Of a DNA stretch of 48,425 bases, positions 11,690 to 22,487 are shown piece by piece. The position numbers were made by a program, and so were the translations under genes. The notes below the pieces were generated by a model. The model worked only from the letters and a program-made list of their open reading frames with translations, searched no databases and was not told where the DNA came from. How positions within the stretch are numbered: position 1 is the stretch's first letter; each line of letters begins with the position of its first letter. The stretch comes from Geminicoccaceae bacterium (GTDB lineage: Bacteria > Pseudomonadota > Alphaproteobacteria > Geminicoccales > Geminicoccaceae). The stretch is from NCBI GenBank assembly GCA_011390475.1, contig JAABSG010000001.1:1-48425 (forward strand), in the 5' to 3' direction.

Positions 11690-12721
11690 TCAGGCCTGGG
11701 TGCCGACGAACTGGCTCGGGGTCAGGGCCTCGAGGGCCGGAGAAACGACCGTCGCCTCGCGGCTGGCGCCGCATTGGCGCAGCAATCGGGCGAGCAAGGC
11801 GTGGCTTGCGCCGTGCGTGGTCAACTCGACCATCGGCAGGCCGCCGAGCAGCGCCAAGGCGCCCAGCGCCAAGAGGTTGGCGTGGCGGGCAGGCTCGTCG
11901 GCAAAGCGCAGCCCGCCCGGGTTCCGTGGTCCGGAGTCGTCCAGGATCAGCGTGTTCTCGAGCGAGACGCCACGCATCAGCCCGCGTTCCTGGGCGGCTT
12001 CGAGAGCAGCCGTGGTCAGCGGCTGCCGGGCAGCGGCGAGTTCGTGGCGCAGCGCCTCGGGGGAGAGTGCTACGGCGTGCCGGGCGGGGCCGAAGGCGCC
12101 TTCGGGTGTTGCGCCGATGTCGGTCACCAGCCGACCCTGGCTCGCCGGGCCGATGCGGGCGGCGAGCGCGCCGCGGCAAAGGGCGATCGCCGTGGGCATG
12201 GGGCAGGGCCGGCGCGGTGCGGTCTGGCGCGTCGCACCGGCGCATTCGATGAGGAAGACGAAGGGTTGGGCGCTGCCGTCCATGGCCGGCAGCTCCGGAC
12301 CACTCACCTCGATCAGGGCGTTGTCGATGCCCGTCATGGCCAGCGCCGCGGTGACGTGCTCGACACCGACGATCCTGGTGCCGTCGCCATCGGCGAGGAT
12401 CAGGGCGTGGTCGGCGATGATCAGGTGTTCGGGACAGGCCAGCAAAGTGGCGCTGCCCGGGCGATCGCTGCGCTTGAAGCGGACGCCGCTACCGGCCGGG
12501 GCCGGCTGCAGGGTCAGGCCGACGCGCACGCCGGAATGGCGGCCGACGCCGACGCAGCTGATGGCGTGCGCGAGCGTCCGCTGGGCCGTGCCGGCGTCGA
12601 TCCCGGTTGTCCGGGTTTCAGCGGCCGCCCCAGCGTCAGCCTCGCGCCGGTTGCTGGCGGCCTCGCGCGCGCCGCCGCCAGCAGTGGCTGCCAACGTCAA
12701 CGGTGAACTCGTATCGTGCAT
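11690..12721 (-). CDS. lpxC: UDP-3-O-acyl-N-acetylglucosamine deacetylase homolog (LpxC-like, divergent C-terminal half)
   Basis: ATG at 12721 (GGAG 9 nt upstream) gives 343 aa. The N-terminal half matches LpxC (QRTL, GVGRHSG, QPAPAGSGVRFKR, GVEHVTAALAMTGIDN, PAMDGSAQPF). Canonical position downstream of ftsZ. C-terminal catalytic motifs are altered; see findings. Confidence 0.8.
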   Translation of the reverse strand: MHDTSSPLTLAATAGGGAREAASNRREADAGAAAETRTTGIDAGTAQRTLAHAISCVGVGRHSGVRVGLTLQPAPAGSGVRFKRSDRPGSATLLACPEHLIIADHALILADGDGTRIVGVEHVTAALAMTGIDNALIEVSGPELPAMDGSAQPFVFLIECAGATRQTAPRRPCPMPTAIALCRGALAARIGPASQGRLVTDIGATPEGAFGPARHAVALSPEALRHELAAARQPLTTAALEAAQERGLMRGVSLENTLILDDSGPRNPGGLRFADEPARHANLLALGALALLGGLPMVELTTHGASHALLARLLRQCGASREATVVSPALEALTPSQFVGTQA

Positions 12722-12844
12722 AGCGCCCGCTCCTGATGCCTTTGGCGAGGCGGCACGTTTCGTGCCGCGGCCGATCGTCAGCGGTGCCTGTCCCCAGTAC
12801 CTTTTTCGCAACGCAGCCTGGCGCCGTCGCTGGGCACCATCTGG

Positions 12845-12899
12845 CGAAAAAAGGTTGGTTTCCCCGCCTCCGGTTTTCATACCATCGAACGGGGAAACC
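12845..12899 (-). terminator. candidate intrinsic terminator or attenuator between ftsZ and lpxC
   Basis: On the minus strand, a perfect 10-bp inverted repeat GGTTTCCCCG...CGGGGAAACC (12857-12866 / 12890-12899) with a 23-nt loop, followed by AACCTTTTTTCG. The loop is large, so the call is tentative. Confidence 0.35.
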
Positions 12900-12963
12900 A
12901 AAAAGTGCTTTTTTACTGCCTGTTAGGAGAAGACTTAAAACCAGCCTCTCAACAGAATTGGTT

Positions 12964-14529
12964 TTAGCTGTCGACGCGTTCCTTGCGCAAGAAAGCGGGG
13001 ATGTCGCCGAGCTCATCCTGGCCGGGCGTAGCGTTTCGGCCACGCTCGCTGCCCGCTTGGGGCGCATGCTGCTGCGGCTGGGCGGGCCCGTCGTCGGCCA
13101 TGGCCGGCTCGCGGCGCATTTGCGGCTGCATCGGACGCTCGTACTCGGCATCGCCGCCACCGGCGCCCAGACCGTGCGTGCGGGCAAAGCCGCGCATCCG
13201 CTGGAAGATGCCGAGCCCGCTCTGCCGCTCCTCGGCTTGCTGGCCGCGCGGCACCGCATAGCCGGTGGCAGCACCCTGCGCCCCTTGCGCCGGATCGCCC
13301 CGGTAGCCGGTGGTCTCGGCTGGCGGCGGGACGAAGTGCGGGTATTGGCCCTGACCGGCCTCGGCCGGTGCCCCTTGCCGCCCGTCGGTCGCGGCCCGGA
13401 GATGCAGGGTCGGGTTGGCCTCCGCTGCCTTGGCCGCCGGCTTTTGCACCTGCGGGTAGGGTTGCGGGCGATGCGCGGTGTGCGGGAACCAGCCGCCGGC
13501 CTGGGCCGGTTGGGTCTCGCTCCCGGCGGCTTCCGCCGCCGCTGCCTGACGCGAGCGCTCGGCCTGGGTCTCGATACCCGTCGCGACCACGGAGACGCGC
13601 AGGCCACCCTGGATCGATTCGTCGTAGGTCGAGCCGAAGATGATGTTGGCCTCGGGGTCGACCTCCTCGCGGATGCGGTTGGCGGCGGCGTCGATCTCGA
13701 AGAGGGTGATGTCGGAGCCGCCGGTGATGTTGATCAGCACGCCGCGGGCGCCGCGCATCGAGACCTCGTCGAGCAGCGGGTTGGAGATCGCGGCCTCGGC
13801 GGCGTCGATCGCCCGCCGTTCGCCCTCGGCCTCACCGGTGCCCATCATCGCCTTGCCCATCTCGGACATGACGGTCCTGATATCGGCGAAGTCGAGATTG
13901 ATCATGCCGGGCATGACCATGAGGTCGGTCACACCACGGACACCCATGTGCAGCACCTGATCGGCCATCTGGAAGGCCTCGGCGAAGGTGGTGCGCTCGT
14001 TGGCCAGGCGGAAGAGGTTCTGGTTGGGGATGACGATCAGCGTGTCGACGAAGCTCTGCAGCTCGGTCAGGCCGCCCTCGGCGAGGCGCATGCGGTGGGC
14101 GCCTTCGAAGTGGAAGGGCTTGGTCACGACGCCGACGGTGAGGATCCCCATGTCGCGCACGGCCCGCGCGATGACGGGGGCGGCGCCGGTGCCGGTGCCG
14201 CCGCCCATGCCGGCGGTGATGAAGACCATGTTCGAGCCCTGCAGGAGATCGAGGATCTCGTCGAGGCTCTCTTCGGCCGAGGCACGGCCGACTTCCGGTC
14301 TCGCCCCCGCGCCCAAGCCGTGGGTGATGGCGTTGCCGAGCTGGATCTTGCGATCGGTCAGGCAGTTGGCCAGAGCCTGCGCATCGGTGTTGCAGGCGAC
14401 GAACTCGACCCCTTCGAGGTGCGAGGTGATCATGTTGTTGACGGCATTGCCGCCGGCGCCACCGACGCCCACGACCGAGATTCGGGGCTTCATTTCATGC
14501 GTGACGGGCATGCTCAGGCTGATCGTCAT
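12964..14529 (-). CDS. ftsZ: cell division protein FtsZ
   Basis: 521 aa. [20 protein letters not shown] and [13 protein letters not shown] tubulin signature, a long disordered linker, and the conserved C-terminal peptide DIPAFLRK. Confidence 0.98.
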   Translation of the reverse strand: MTISLSMPVTHEMKPRISVVGVGGAGGNAVNNMITSHLEGVEFVACNTDAQALANCLTDRKIQLGNAITHGLGAGARPEVGRASAEESLDEILDLLQGSNMVFITAGMGGGTGTGAAPVIARAVRDMGILTVGVVTKPFHFEGAHRMRLAEGGLTELQSFVDTLIVIPNQNLFRLANERTTFAEAFQMADQVLHMGVRGVTDLMVMPGMINLDFADIRTVMSEMGKAMMGTGEAEGERRAIDAAEAAISNPLLDEVSMRGARGVLINITGGSDITLFEIDAAANRIREEVDPEANIIFGSTYDESIQGGLRVSVVATGIETQAERSRQAAAAEAAGSETQPAQAGGWFPHTAHRPQPYPQVQKPAAKAAEANPTLHLRAATDGRQGAPAEAGQGQYPHFVPPPAETTGYRGDPAQGAQGAATGYAVPRGQQAEERQSGLGIFQRMRGFARTHGLGAGGGDAEYERPMQPQMRREPAMADDGPAQPQQHAPQAGSERGRNATPGQDELGDIPAFLRKERVDS

Positions 14530-14657
14530 GGTATTCTCCTCTTTTTTGTGCGGGGCGACCGATTTTTCGGTTCGTGACCCGCGGGCAGTGACCGTTTCCC
14601 TGGGCAGGGGGGCGGCCGGAAAAGGGTTGGTCAGATTACCGTGCTCGCGGCCACTGT

Positions 14658-16034
14658 TCAGCTCACGAAGTTCTGCTTGAGCCAGTGGCCGAGGCGGGCG
14701 AGGCCTGTGGTCAGTGCGGGCACCTCCGTCGATTGTTTCCAGCTCAAGCCGCCGTCGCGGCCGGTGACCAGCACCAGCCCGCCGGCGGCGGCACTACAAC
14801 AGGGTTGGTCCTCGAGGCCGGTCCGGCCACGCACGGCGCCCGGCCGGCCGATCCGCGCCTTGAGGCCGAAAATCTCCTCGGCGAGTTCCTCGAGACCTTC
14901 GATCTGCGCCGCCCCGCCGGTGAGCACCATGCTGCGCGGCGGCTTGGCCTTGACCAGGTCCCACTCGTCCTCGAGCCGGGCCTGGATCAGGGTCAGGGTC
15001 TCCTCGACCCGGGCACGGATGATCTCGGTCAGCCGGGTGCGCGGCACTTCGCCGGTCGGCTGCTCGACATGGTCGCCGATAATCGGCACCTCGATCCGCA
15101 CATTGTCGTCGCAGGCGCGGCAGAGCACGCCGCCATATAGGTTCTTCAGTCGCTCGGCGAAGGCCCGGCTGGTCGATAGGCAATAGGCGAGGTCGCGGGT
15201 GACGTGCTCGCCGCCATAGGGCACCTGGGCCAGATGGCAGAGCGCCCCGCCGCTGAACAAGCCGAGACTGGTGGTGCCACCGCCGAGCTCGAGCAGCAGC
15301 ACGCCGCGGCGCATCTCGTCCACCGTCAGGCAGCCGATCCCGGCAGCATAGGTGGCGTTGGTCAGCTCCATGACGTCGAGATGGCAGCGCTCGAGGCAGG
15401 CGGTGAGATTGCGCAGTGCCGGCCGGGCCACGCTGAGCACGAGGGCGGTGAAATCGAGGGTCTGCGCGGCGAGCCCGCGCGGGTCGGCGAGCGCGTCCCT
15501 GCCGTCCGGGCGCATCTCCACGGGCAGGATGTGGAGAATCTCGCGCTCGCTGCCGAGGACCGAGGCGCGCACCGATTCCAGTGCCCGGTCGATGTCGTCG
15601 TCGTCGATCACCCGCCCGCCGATATGGCACTCGATGGTGACGAGCCCGGCCGACGGCCGGCCACCGGACCAGGAAACCGCGATCTCGCGCAGTGTCTCCC
15701 CCGCGGCTTCCTCGGCCTCGTTCAAGACCGCGAGCATCGAGGCCTCGGCCGCTTCGGCGTCGATCACCTCGCCGGCCTGAAAGCCCTCGGCCGCCTGGTA
15801 GCCGCGGCCGAGCAGGACGAAACCCTCGTCGCCTCGCGTGCGAACAATGTAGCAGCAGAGCTTGGAGCTGCCGATGTCGAGCAAGCCGAAGGGCGCGTTC
15901 TTGTGCGGCCGGCGGTGATTGGTCAGCAGTCGCTGCCAGATCATCTCGTGGGTGGCCGCCAGCGGTGCCGGCGTCATTTGGCCCGGTAGCGTCTGGGGCA
16001 TCGTCTGGATCGAGGTGGCATCGGGTATCATCAT
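14658..16034 (-). CDS. ftsA: cell division protein FtsA
   Basis: 458 aa. Actin-like fold motifs [14 protein letters not shown] and [15 protein letters not shown] overlap with the ftsQ stop. The N-terminal 50 aa may be over-called; an alternative Met lies at residue 31. Confidence 0.93.
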   Translation of the reverse strand: MMIPDATSIQTMPQTLPGQMTPAPLAATHEMIWQRLLTNHRRPHKNAPFGLLDIGSSKLCCYIVRTRGDEGFVLLGRGYQAAEGFQAGEVIDAEAAEASMLAVLNEAEEAAGETLREIAVSWSGGRPSAGLVTIECHIGGRVIDDDDIDRALESVRASVLGSEREILHILPVEMRPDGRDALADPRGLAAQTLDFTALVLSVARPALRNLTACLERCHLDVMELTNATYAAGIGCLTVDEMRRGVLLLELGGGTTSLGLFSGGALCHLAQVPYGGEHVTRDLAYCLSTSRAFAERLKNLYGGVLCRACDDNVRIEVPIIGDHVEQPTGEVPRTRLTEIIRARVEETLTLIQARLEDEWDLVKAKPPRSMVLTGGAAQIEGLEELAEEIFGLKARIGRPGAVRGRTGLEDQPCCSAAAGGLVLVTGRDGGLSWKQSTEVPALTTGLARLGHWLKQNFVS

Positions 16035-16942
16035 GTGCGCTGGCCCGGGCGGAGGGATGCGGTCGGTCGGCCGGCGGGATTCAAGACCTCGTCGGAGAGG
16101 CGGACGATCACCCGGTCGTCGAGCCTGAGGTCGACGGCCTCGACGGCGCGGGTCAAGAGCGACTGCTCGCCGTGCAGCCGAGCGAGGCGGTGCCAGGCGG
16201 CGGCGGCATCACGTTCCGGCAGGCGGATCTCGATGCGCCCGTCGATGAAGACGTTCCAGCGTCGACTGTCGATCCGTTCGGCCCCGGTCACCAGGCGAAC
16301 GAGGCTCGGCTCGCCGCCGACCAGTCTGAGCAGGTCGGCAGCCGCGGCCGGCGCGTCGGCGCCGCTCAGGATCGGTAAATGGCGGTAGGGCGAGACGGCG
16401 CTGACCTGGATGATGTCGCCCTGGTCACTCACCAAGGCGGGCCCGCTGGCCGGCAGGTCCGATGTCAGATGCCCCACATTGGGTTGCCCCACATTGGGTT
16501 GCCAGAGCGCGATCGGGCGGTGTTCGACGAGCGTGGTTCGAAGGCGGTCGGGGAACTGCCGTGTGACGGTGGCTTCGCGAACCCATGGCAGACTCTGGAG
16601 GCGTTGCTGAATGGCGGCAATATCAACCGCCAGTATATTTTGTCCATAGTAAGGTTCTAGGATTCGATAGATTTCGCCGGCACTGGTGCGCTGCCGTCCT
16701 TCGCTGAAAATATCGCGGATCTGCATGCCGAGCTGGTCGGTGGTGGCGACCAGCTGATCCATCGCCGCGAACCGGGCACGCTCGGTGAGCCCCGTCGACT
16801 TGGCGATGTGGAGGCTGGCCCCGAGCAGGCTCAGGGTCGCCACGATCAGCAGTCCGTAAAGCGCGGGCGCCCGCCAGCGCGGCGGCGGCGGGCGGCGCAG
16901 CGCGTGGCGGGTCCGATAGGCGAGCCGCCTTACTTGTCGCAT
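16031..16942 (-). CDS. ftsQ: cell division protein FtsQ
   Basis: ATG at 16942 gives 303 aa: basic N-terminus, a TM segment (LYGLLIVATLSLLGASL), then a POTRA/FtsQ region (LQSLPWVREATVTRQFPDRLRTTLVEHRPIALW). Overlaps the ddl stop by 13 nt. The rest of the 661-aa track ORF is ddl read in another frame. Confidence 0.9.
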   Translation of the reverse strand: MRQVRRLAYRTRHALRRPPPPRWRAPALYGLLIVATLSLLGASLHIAKSTGLTERARFAAMDQLVATTDQLGMQIRDIFSEGRQRTSAGEIYRILEPYYGQNILAVDIAAIQQRLQSLPWVREATVTRQFPDRLRTTLVEHRPIALWQPNVGQPNVGHLTSDLPASGPALVSDQGDIIQVSAVSPYRHLPILSGADAPAAAADLLRLVGGEPSLVRLVTGAERIDSRRWNVFIDGRIEIRLPERDAAAAWHRLARLHGEQSLLTRAVEAVDLRLDDRVIVRLSDEVLNPAGRPTASLRPGQRT

Positions 16943-17847
16943 CGCGCCCCCTCGACGAGCCGGACCACGAGATCGGCAAACGCGATGCCGCAATGCTTGG
17001 CTTGCTCGGGCACCAGCGACATCGGCGTCATGCCGGGCTGCGTGTTGACCTCGAGCAGCACGAGCCCGTCCATGCCGCCCTTGGGGTCGAAGCGGAAGTC
17101 CGAACGGCTGACGCCGCGGCAGCCGAGCACCCAATGGGCGCGAAGGGCCCAGTCGCAGACCTTGTCGAAGACCGGTCGCGGCAGCGGGGCCGGCACGATG
17201 TGCTCGGCGAAGCCTTCTGTGTACTTGGCCCCGTAATCGTAGAAGCGGCCTTTTTTCGGCCGGATCTCGGTCACGGTGAGCGCCTGCTCGCCGAGGACCG
17301 TGGCGGTGAGCTCGTGGCCCGGAATGTAGCGCTCGACCAGAAAGCGGGCCTCGGGTGCGATGTCGGTGCGCTTGGTCAGCGCCGAGATGTCGCCGGTCTT
17401 GGCGACCAGCACGTTGACCGAGGAGCCTTCGGCCGCGGGCTTGACGACGAAAGGCGGCTCCATCGGCGGCGGGCCGTCCTGGAGATCCTCGAACTCGATC
17501 TCGAAGCCTTCGGGGCAGACGAGGCCGGCGCTGCGGAAGAGCCGCATCGCCATGGGCTTGTCCATGGCGAGTGCCGAGGCCAACACACCCGAGTGGGTGT
17601 AGGGAATGGCCATGAGGTCCAGCAGGCCCTGGACCCGCCCGTCCTCGCCGTAGCGGCCATGCAGCGCGTTGAAGACGACGTCGGGCTTCACCTCGGCCAG
17701 GCGAGCGGCGAGGTCGCGACCGACGTCGATCTTGGTGACGCGGTAGCCTTTTTCCTCCAGGGCGGCGGCGCAATTTTCGCCCGAGACGAGCGAGACGTCG
17801 CGCTCCGCGGAAAGGCCGCCCATCAGGACGGCAACGTGGGATTTCAT
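16930..17847 (-). CDS. ddl: D-alanine--D-alanine ligase
   Basis: ATG at 17847 gives 305 aa: [41 protein letters not shown] and LLEVNTQPGMT. ATGA overlap with the murB stop. Confidence 0.95.
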   Translation of the reverse strand: MKSHVAVLMGGLSAERDVSLVSGENCAAALEEKGYRVTKIDVGRDLAARLAEVKPDVVFNALHGRYGEDGRVQGLLDLMAIPYTHSGVLASALAMDKPMAMRLFRSAGLVCPEGFEIEFEDLQDGPPPMEPPFVVKPAAEGSSVNVLVAKTGDISALTKRTDIAPEARFLVERYIPGHELTATVLGEQALTVTEIRPKKGRFYDYGAKYTEGFAEHIVPAPLPRPVFDKVCDWALRAHWVLGCRGVSRSDFRFDPKGGMDGLVLLEVNTQPGMTPMSLVPEQAKHCGIAFADLVVRLVEGARCDK

Positions 17848-18782
17848 GAAGGCACTCCATTGGTATCGGACAGGCCGGACGCTGCCGTCGCCGTCTCGGG
17901 GGCGGGGGCGGCTTTGCCCAGGCGCTTGATTTCCCATTCGAGGCGAATGCCGCTCTGAGCCAAGACACGAGCCCGCACGGTCTCACCGAGCGCCTCGAGG
18001 TCGGCGGCCGTGGCACTGCCTGTGTTGATGAGAAAGTTGCAGTGCTTATCGGAGACCATGGCCGCCCCTCGGGTCAACCCCCGGCAGCCGGCCAGATCGA
18101 TCAATTGCCATGCCCGGTGGCCCGGGGGATTCTTGAAGGTGCTGCCGCCGGTAGCGACCCGGAGCGGCTGGGCGGCCTCGCGCTCGGCCTTGATCGCTTC
18201 CATGCGGGCCTTGATGGCGGCGGGATCGCCGTGTTCGAGGGCGAAGGCGGCGCGGACCACGATCCAGTCCTCGGGCAGCGCGGAGTGGCGGTAGGCGAAA
18301 CCCAGCTCGGCATTGGTCAGCCGGTGCAGGGTCCCCTTGCGGTCGAGGGCCTCGGCCCAGATCAGCCGTTCCCGCGTCTCGCCGCCGAAGGCGCCGGCGT
18401 TCATCCGCACGGCGCCGCCGATGGTGCCGGGGATGCCGATCATGAACTCGATGCCCGAGAGCCCGGCACGCTCGGCCACTTGGGCCACCCGCTGATCGAG
18501 GGCGCCGGCCCCGGCGACGATCGTGGTCCCCTCGACCTCGACCTTGGCCAAGGGCCCGCCGAAGCGGACGACCACGCCTGCGATGCCGCCGTCGCGGATC
18601 AGCATGTTCGAGGCGACACCCATCGGCAGGACGGGCACGTCCGCTGGCGTCGCTGCCAGGAAGGCTGCCAGGTCCTCGACGTCGGCCGGCTGGAACAGGC
18701 GTTCGGCCGGGCCGCCGACCCTGAACCAGGCCAGAGGGGCGAGCGGGACGTTCTGGCGGAGGTTGCCGCGGGTTTCGCTCAT
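17844..18782 (-). CDS. murB: UDP-N-acetylenolpyruvoylglucosamine reductase
   Basis: ATG at 18782 gives 312 aa: [35 protein letters not shown] and [14 protein letters not shown] overlap with the murC stop. Confidence 0.94.
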   Translation of the reverse strand: MSETRGNLRQNVPLAPLAWFRVGGPAERLFQPADVEDLAAFLAATPADVPVLPMGVASNMLIRDGGIAGVVVRFGGPLAKVEVEGTTIVAGAGALDQRVAQVAERAGLSGIEFMIGIPGTIGGAVRMNAGAFGGETRERLIWAEALDRKGTLHRLTNAELGFAYRHSALPEDWIVVRAAFALEHGDPAAIKARMEAIKAEREAAQPLRVATGGSTFKNPPGHRAWQLIDLAGCRGLTRGAAMVSDKHCNFLINTGSATAADLEALGETVRARVLAQSGIRLEWEIKRLGKAAPAPETATAASGLSDTNGVPS

Positions 18783-20236
18783 GCGCCGGCACCTCCGGCC
18801 CTGGCGGCGCGCAGCATGTCCGGAAGCGCGTTGGCCCACTGGGTGATGGTGCCGGCACCGAGGCAGACGACGAGGTCGCCCGGCTTTGCGATCTCGACGA
18901 TCTTGCCGGGCAGATCGTCCGGCCCCTCGATCGCGAGGGCGGTCCGTTGGCCGTGGCGGGTCAGGCCCTCGACCAGGGCATCGCGGTCGATACCGGGGAT
19001 CGGGGCTTCGCCGGCGGCGTAGACCGGCGCCACGAGAACCACATCGGCGTCCGCAAAGCAGGTACAGAAGGCCTCGAACAGGTCCTGGAGACGGCTGTAG
19101 CGGTGCGGCTGGACGACGGCGATGACGCGGCCCTGGCTCACCTGCCGGGCGGTCTCGAGCACGGCCCTGATCTCGACCGGGTGGTGGCCGTAATCGTCGA
19201 CGATGGTGATACCGCCCACTTCGCCCGTGACGGTGAAGCGGCGCTTGACCCCGCCGAGGCCGGCAAGCGCCGCGCGGACGACGTTCTCGGTCATCCCCAG
19301 TTCGTCGGCGATGGCGATGGCGGCCAAGGCATTCTGGACGTTGTGGTGGCCGGGCAGCGCCAGGGTGAAGTCGACGAAGCGGCGGGTTTCGCCGGTTGCG
19401 GTATCGCGGATGAAGACGTCGAAGCGCGAGCCCTTGGCGTCCGAGACCGGCTCGGTGGCGCGGATGTCGGCCTGCGGATTGAAGCCGTAGGTGCGGACCC
19501 GACGGTCGGTGATCCGGCCGACCAGGGCCTGGACCTCGGGGTGGTCGATGCAGAGGATGGCCACGCCATAGAAGGGCAGCCGCTCGACGAAGTCCTGGTA
19601 TGCCGCCTTGACCCGCTCGAAATCGCCCCAGAACTCCATGTGCTCGGGGTCGATATTGGTGACGATGCCGATGGTCGCGGGCAGGCGCAGGAAGCTGCCG
19701 TCGCTCTCGTCGGCCTCGACCACCATCCAGTCGCCCTCGCCGAGCCTCGCATTGGTGCCGTAGGCGTTGATGATGCCGCCGTTGATCACGGTGGGCTCGA
19801 GCCCGGCGGCATCGAAGAGGCCGGCGACGATGGCCGTGGTCGTGGTCTTGCCGTGGGTGCCGGCGACCGCGACCGAGGGGTGCAGGCGCATGATCTCGCC
19901 CAGCATGTCGGCGCGCCGCACGATCGGCAGCCGGCGGCGCCGCGCTTCCTCGAGCTCGGGATTGTCGGGCTTGATAGCGGTCGAGACGACGAGGACACGG
20001 GCCTCGCCCAGGTTCTCGGGCGCATGGCCGACGGCGATCGTCATGCCCTTGGCGCGCAGCCTCTGCACGTTGGCGTTGTCGCTGACATCCGAGCCCTGCA
20101 CCGTATAGCCCATGCCGAGCAGGATTTCGGCGATGCCGCTCATGCCGATGCCGCCGATGCCGACGAAGTGGATGGCACCCGTATCCAGTGGCTGGACGCG
20201 CAGGCTGCGCGCGGTCGCGTTGGCCACCGGGCTCAT
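18779..20236 (-). CDS. murC: UDP-N-acetylmuramate--L-alanine ligase
   Basis: ATG at 20236 gives 485 aa: [38 protein letters not shown] and DDYGHHP. ATGA overlap with the murG stop. Confidence 0.95.
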   Translation of the reverse strand: MSPVANATARSLRVQPLDTGAIHFVGIGGIGMSGIAEILLGMGYTVQGSDVSDNANVQRLRAKGMTIAVGHAPENLGEARVLVVSTAIKPDNPELEEARRRRLPIVRRADMLGEIMRLHPSVAVAGTHGKTTTTAIVAGLFDAAGLEPTVINGGIINAYGTNARLGEGDWMVVEADESDGSFLRLPATIGIVTNIDPEHMEFWGDFERVKAAYQDFVERLPFYGVAILCIDHPEVQALVGRITDRRVRTYGFNPQADIRATEPVSDAKGSRFDVFIRDTATGETRRFVDFTLALPGHHNVQNALAAIAIADELGMTENVVRAALAGLGGVKRRFTVTGEVGGITIVDDYGHHPVEIRAVLETARQVSQGRVIAVVQPHRYSRLQDLFEAFCTCFADADVVLVAPVYAAGEAPIPGIDRDALVEGLTRHGQRTALAIEGPDDLPGKIVEIAKPGDLVVCLGAGTITQWANALPDMLRAARAGGAGA

Positions 20237-21378
20237 TGCACGGCCTCCGGCGTGGTCGAGGCCGCTTCGCGGCCGACCCGCGCCTGTTCCGGCAGCAGGG
20301 CGAGAACGGCATCGGCCAGCCTGGCCGCGGCGTCGCTCTGGTAGTGGGCGCGGGCGACGGTCGCCATGGCCTGGAGCCGGGACGGGTCGGTCATCAGAGC
20401 CTCGAGCTCTTGCAGCAGTGTCGCCGCATCGAAGTCGGGCTGAAGAATGCGCACACAACCGCCGGCCGCGGCCAGGGCTTCGGCATTGGCGCGCTGGTGG
20501 TCGTCGGCCGCGGCGGCGTAGGGAACCAGGATCGAAGGCCGGCCCATGGCCATGATCTCGGTCAGGCTCGAGGCGCCGGCGCGGCTGACCAGGAGATGCG
20601 CCTGGGCGAGCTGGGTCGGCATGTCCTTGAAGAAGGCGGTGACCTCGGCGTCGATCCCGTCGGTCGTGTAGCGCTCGCAGACCCGGGTCAGGTCCTCGGG
20701 CCGGCATTGCTGCTGGATGCGCAAGCGCCGGCGCAAGCCTTCCGGCAGGCGGGCCACGGCCTCGGGCACCACGTCGCTGAAGATCCTGGCACCCTGGCTG
20801 CCGCCGATGACGAGGAGACGAAAAGCCTCGGCGGCGGCAGGCGCGGTGAAGGCGGCCGCGTCCAGGCGAAAGCCCGGGCGGACGGGATTGCCGGTGACGA
20901 TCAGGGCCGGCCCGTGTCGCGGCACATGGCTCGTCCCCTCGAAACTGAGGGCGACGGTCCGGGCAAAGCGGGCGAGCAGGCGGTTGGCGCGGCCGAAGAC
21001 GGCGTTCTGTTCATGGAGCAGCAGCGGCCGGCCGGTGCACCACGCGGCGAGGCCGGCCGGCACGGAGGCGTAGCCGCCGAAGCAGGCGGTGGCCCGGGGG
21101 GCCAGCCGGCGCATCAGGCCCAGCGATTGCACCGTACCGCGCAAGAGGGCGAGAATGCCGGCGAGCTTGGCCTTCAGACCGCCGGTGGGGCTGCCGGCGC
21201 TGATCACGTGGCGGTCGATGTCGTCGGGCAGGTAGCGGGCACCGCGATCGTCGGTGACGACGGCCACTGGCTCGCCGCGCTCGAGCAGGCTGCGGGCCAG
21301 CGCCAAGGCCGGGAACATGTGGCCGCCAGTGCCGCCGGCGGCGATCAGGATCGGGCCCGAGGCGGTTGCTGCGGTCAT
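20233..21378 (-). CDS. murG: undecaprenyldiphospho-muramoylpentapeptide beta-N-acetylglucosaminyltransferase
   Basis: ATG at 21378 gives 381 aa: [19 protein letters not shown] and [13 protein letters not shown] overlap with the ftsW stop. Confidence 0.94.
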   Translation of the reverse strand: MTAATASGPILIAAGGTGGHMFPALALARSLLERGEPVAVVTDDRGARYLPDDIDRHVISAGSPTGGLKAKLAGILALLRGTVQSLGLMRRLAPRATACFGGYASVPAGLAAWCTGRPLLLHEQNAVFGRANRLLARFARTVALSFEGTSHVPRHGPALIVTGNPVRPGFRLDAAAFTAPAAAEAFRLLVIGGSQGARIFSDVVPEAVARLPEGLRRRLRIQQQCRPEDLTRVCERYTTDGIDAEVTAFFKDMPTQLAQAHLLVSRAGASSLTEIMAMGRPSILVPYAAAADDHQRANAEALAAAGGCVRILQPDFDAATLLQELEALMTDPSRLQAMATVARAHYQSDAAARLADAVLALLPEQARVGREAASTTPEAVQ

Positions 21379-22487
21379 GGAATGGGCTCCAGCCGGGCGC
21401 CGCGGCGGGTCAGCGCCAGGAGCATGCCCATGGTGATCGCGACGGCCAGCAGCGAAGAGCCGCCGTAGGAGATGAAGGGCAGGGTCATGCCTTTGGTGGG
21501 AACGAGATTGACGTTGACCGCCATGTTGACCAGCGCCTGCAGGCCGAACTGGGCGATCAGCCCGGTGGCGGCCAATTGGACGAAGCGGTTGGGGTTGAGT
21601 TGCAGCCGCCAGAGGGCGCGCAGCACGAGCCAGGCGAAGATGGCGACGATCACGAGGCAGGCGATGATGCCGAACTCCTCGGCGACGGTGGCGAAGACGA
21701 AATCGGAATGAGCCTCGGGCAGCCGGAATTTGACGACACCTTCGCCAGGGCCGCGGCCGAACAGGCCGCCGGATTTGACCGCGCTCAGGGCACGCTCGAC
21801 CTGGTAGATCTCGGCCGCGGGGTCGAGGAAGCCGTCGATCCGGTCGCGCACGTGCGGCAGCAGCGTGTAGGCGCTCCACAGCCCGCCGACGCCGACGGCA
21901 GCCAGGAGGATGATCGGCAGCCAACCGAGGCCGGCGACGAACAGCTGGGCCGCGAAGAAGCTCGCCACCACGGCCGCCATGCCGAGATCGGGCTGCAGCA
22001 GTAGCACGGCCATCGTGCCGCCGACGAGAATCAGCGACAGCGGCAGGCCCTTCAGACCGGGTTTGCTCGCGAGCAGCCAGGCGACGACCACGGCGAGGCC
22101 GGGCTTGAGAAATTCCGACGGCTGCAGCTGTTGGCCGCCGATGAAGAGCCAGCGGGTGGCGCCCTTGATTTCGGGAGCGAAGAAGAGGGTGGCGATGGTC
22201 AGGCCGGCGGCGGCGGCGAAGAGCATGGTGGCGAGCCGGAGCACGCCCCTCGGCGCGAGGAGCGAGACGGCGAACAGGCAGAGTGCCGCCGGGACCAGGA
22301 CGAGGAAATGGCGGATGACGAAATGCATGCCATCGAGGCGGAGATTACGGGCAATGGGTGGGCTCGACGCCAGGACCATGATCGCCCCCATCAGCACCAG
22401 GATGCCGATGCCGACGAGGAGAAGGCGGTCGACGGTCCACCACCATTGACCCAAAAGCGAGCGATCGGTGCGGGCGAAGGCGCTCAT
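21375..22487 (-). CDS. ftsW: peptidoglycan glycosyltransferase / lipid II flippase FtsW (SEDS family)
   Basis: 370 aa, polytopic. LQPSEFLKP, PDLGMA, HSDFVFA and MTLPFISYGGSS are SEDS motifs. Confidence 0.94.
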   Translation of the reverse strand: MSAFARTDRSLLGQWWWTVDRLLLVGIGILVLMGAIMVLASSPPIARNLRLDGMHFVIRHFLVLVPAALCLFAVSLLAPRGVLRLATMLFAAAAGLTIATLFFAPEIKGATRWLFIGGQQLQPSEFLKPGLAVVVAWLLASKPGLKGLPLSLILVGGTMAVLLLQPDLGMAAVVASFFAAQLFVAGLGWLPIILLAAVGVGGLWSAYTLLPHVRDRIDGFLDPAAEIYQVERALSAVKSGGLFGRGPGEGVVKFRLPEAHSDFVFATVAEEFGIIACLVIVAIFAWLVLRALWRLQLNPNRFVQLAATGLIAQFGLQALVNMAVNVNLVPTKGMTLPFISYGGSSLLAVAITMGMLLALTRRGARLEPIP

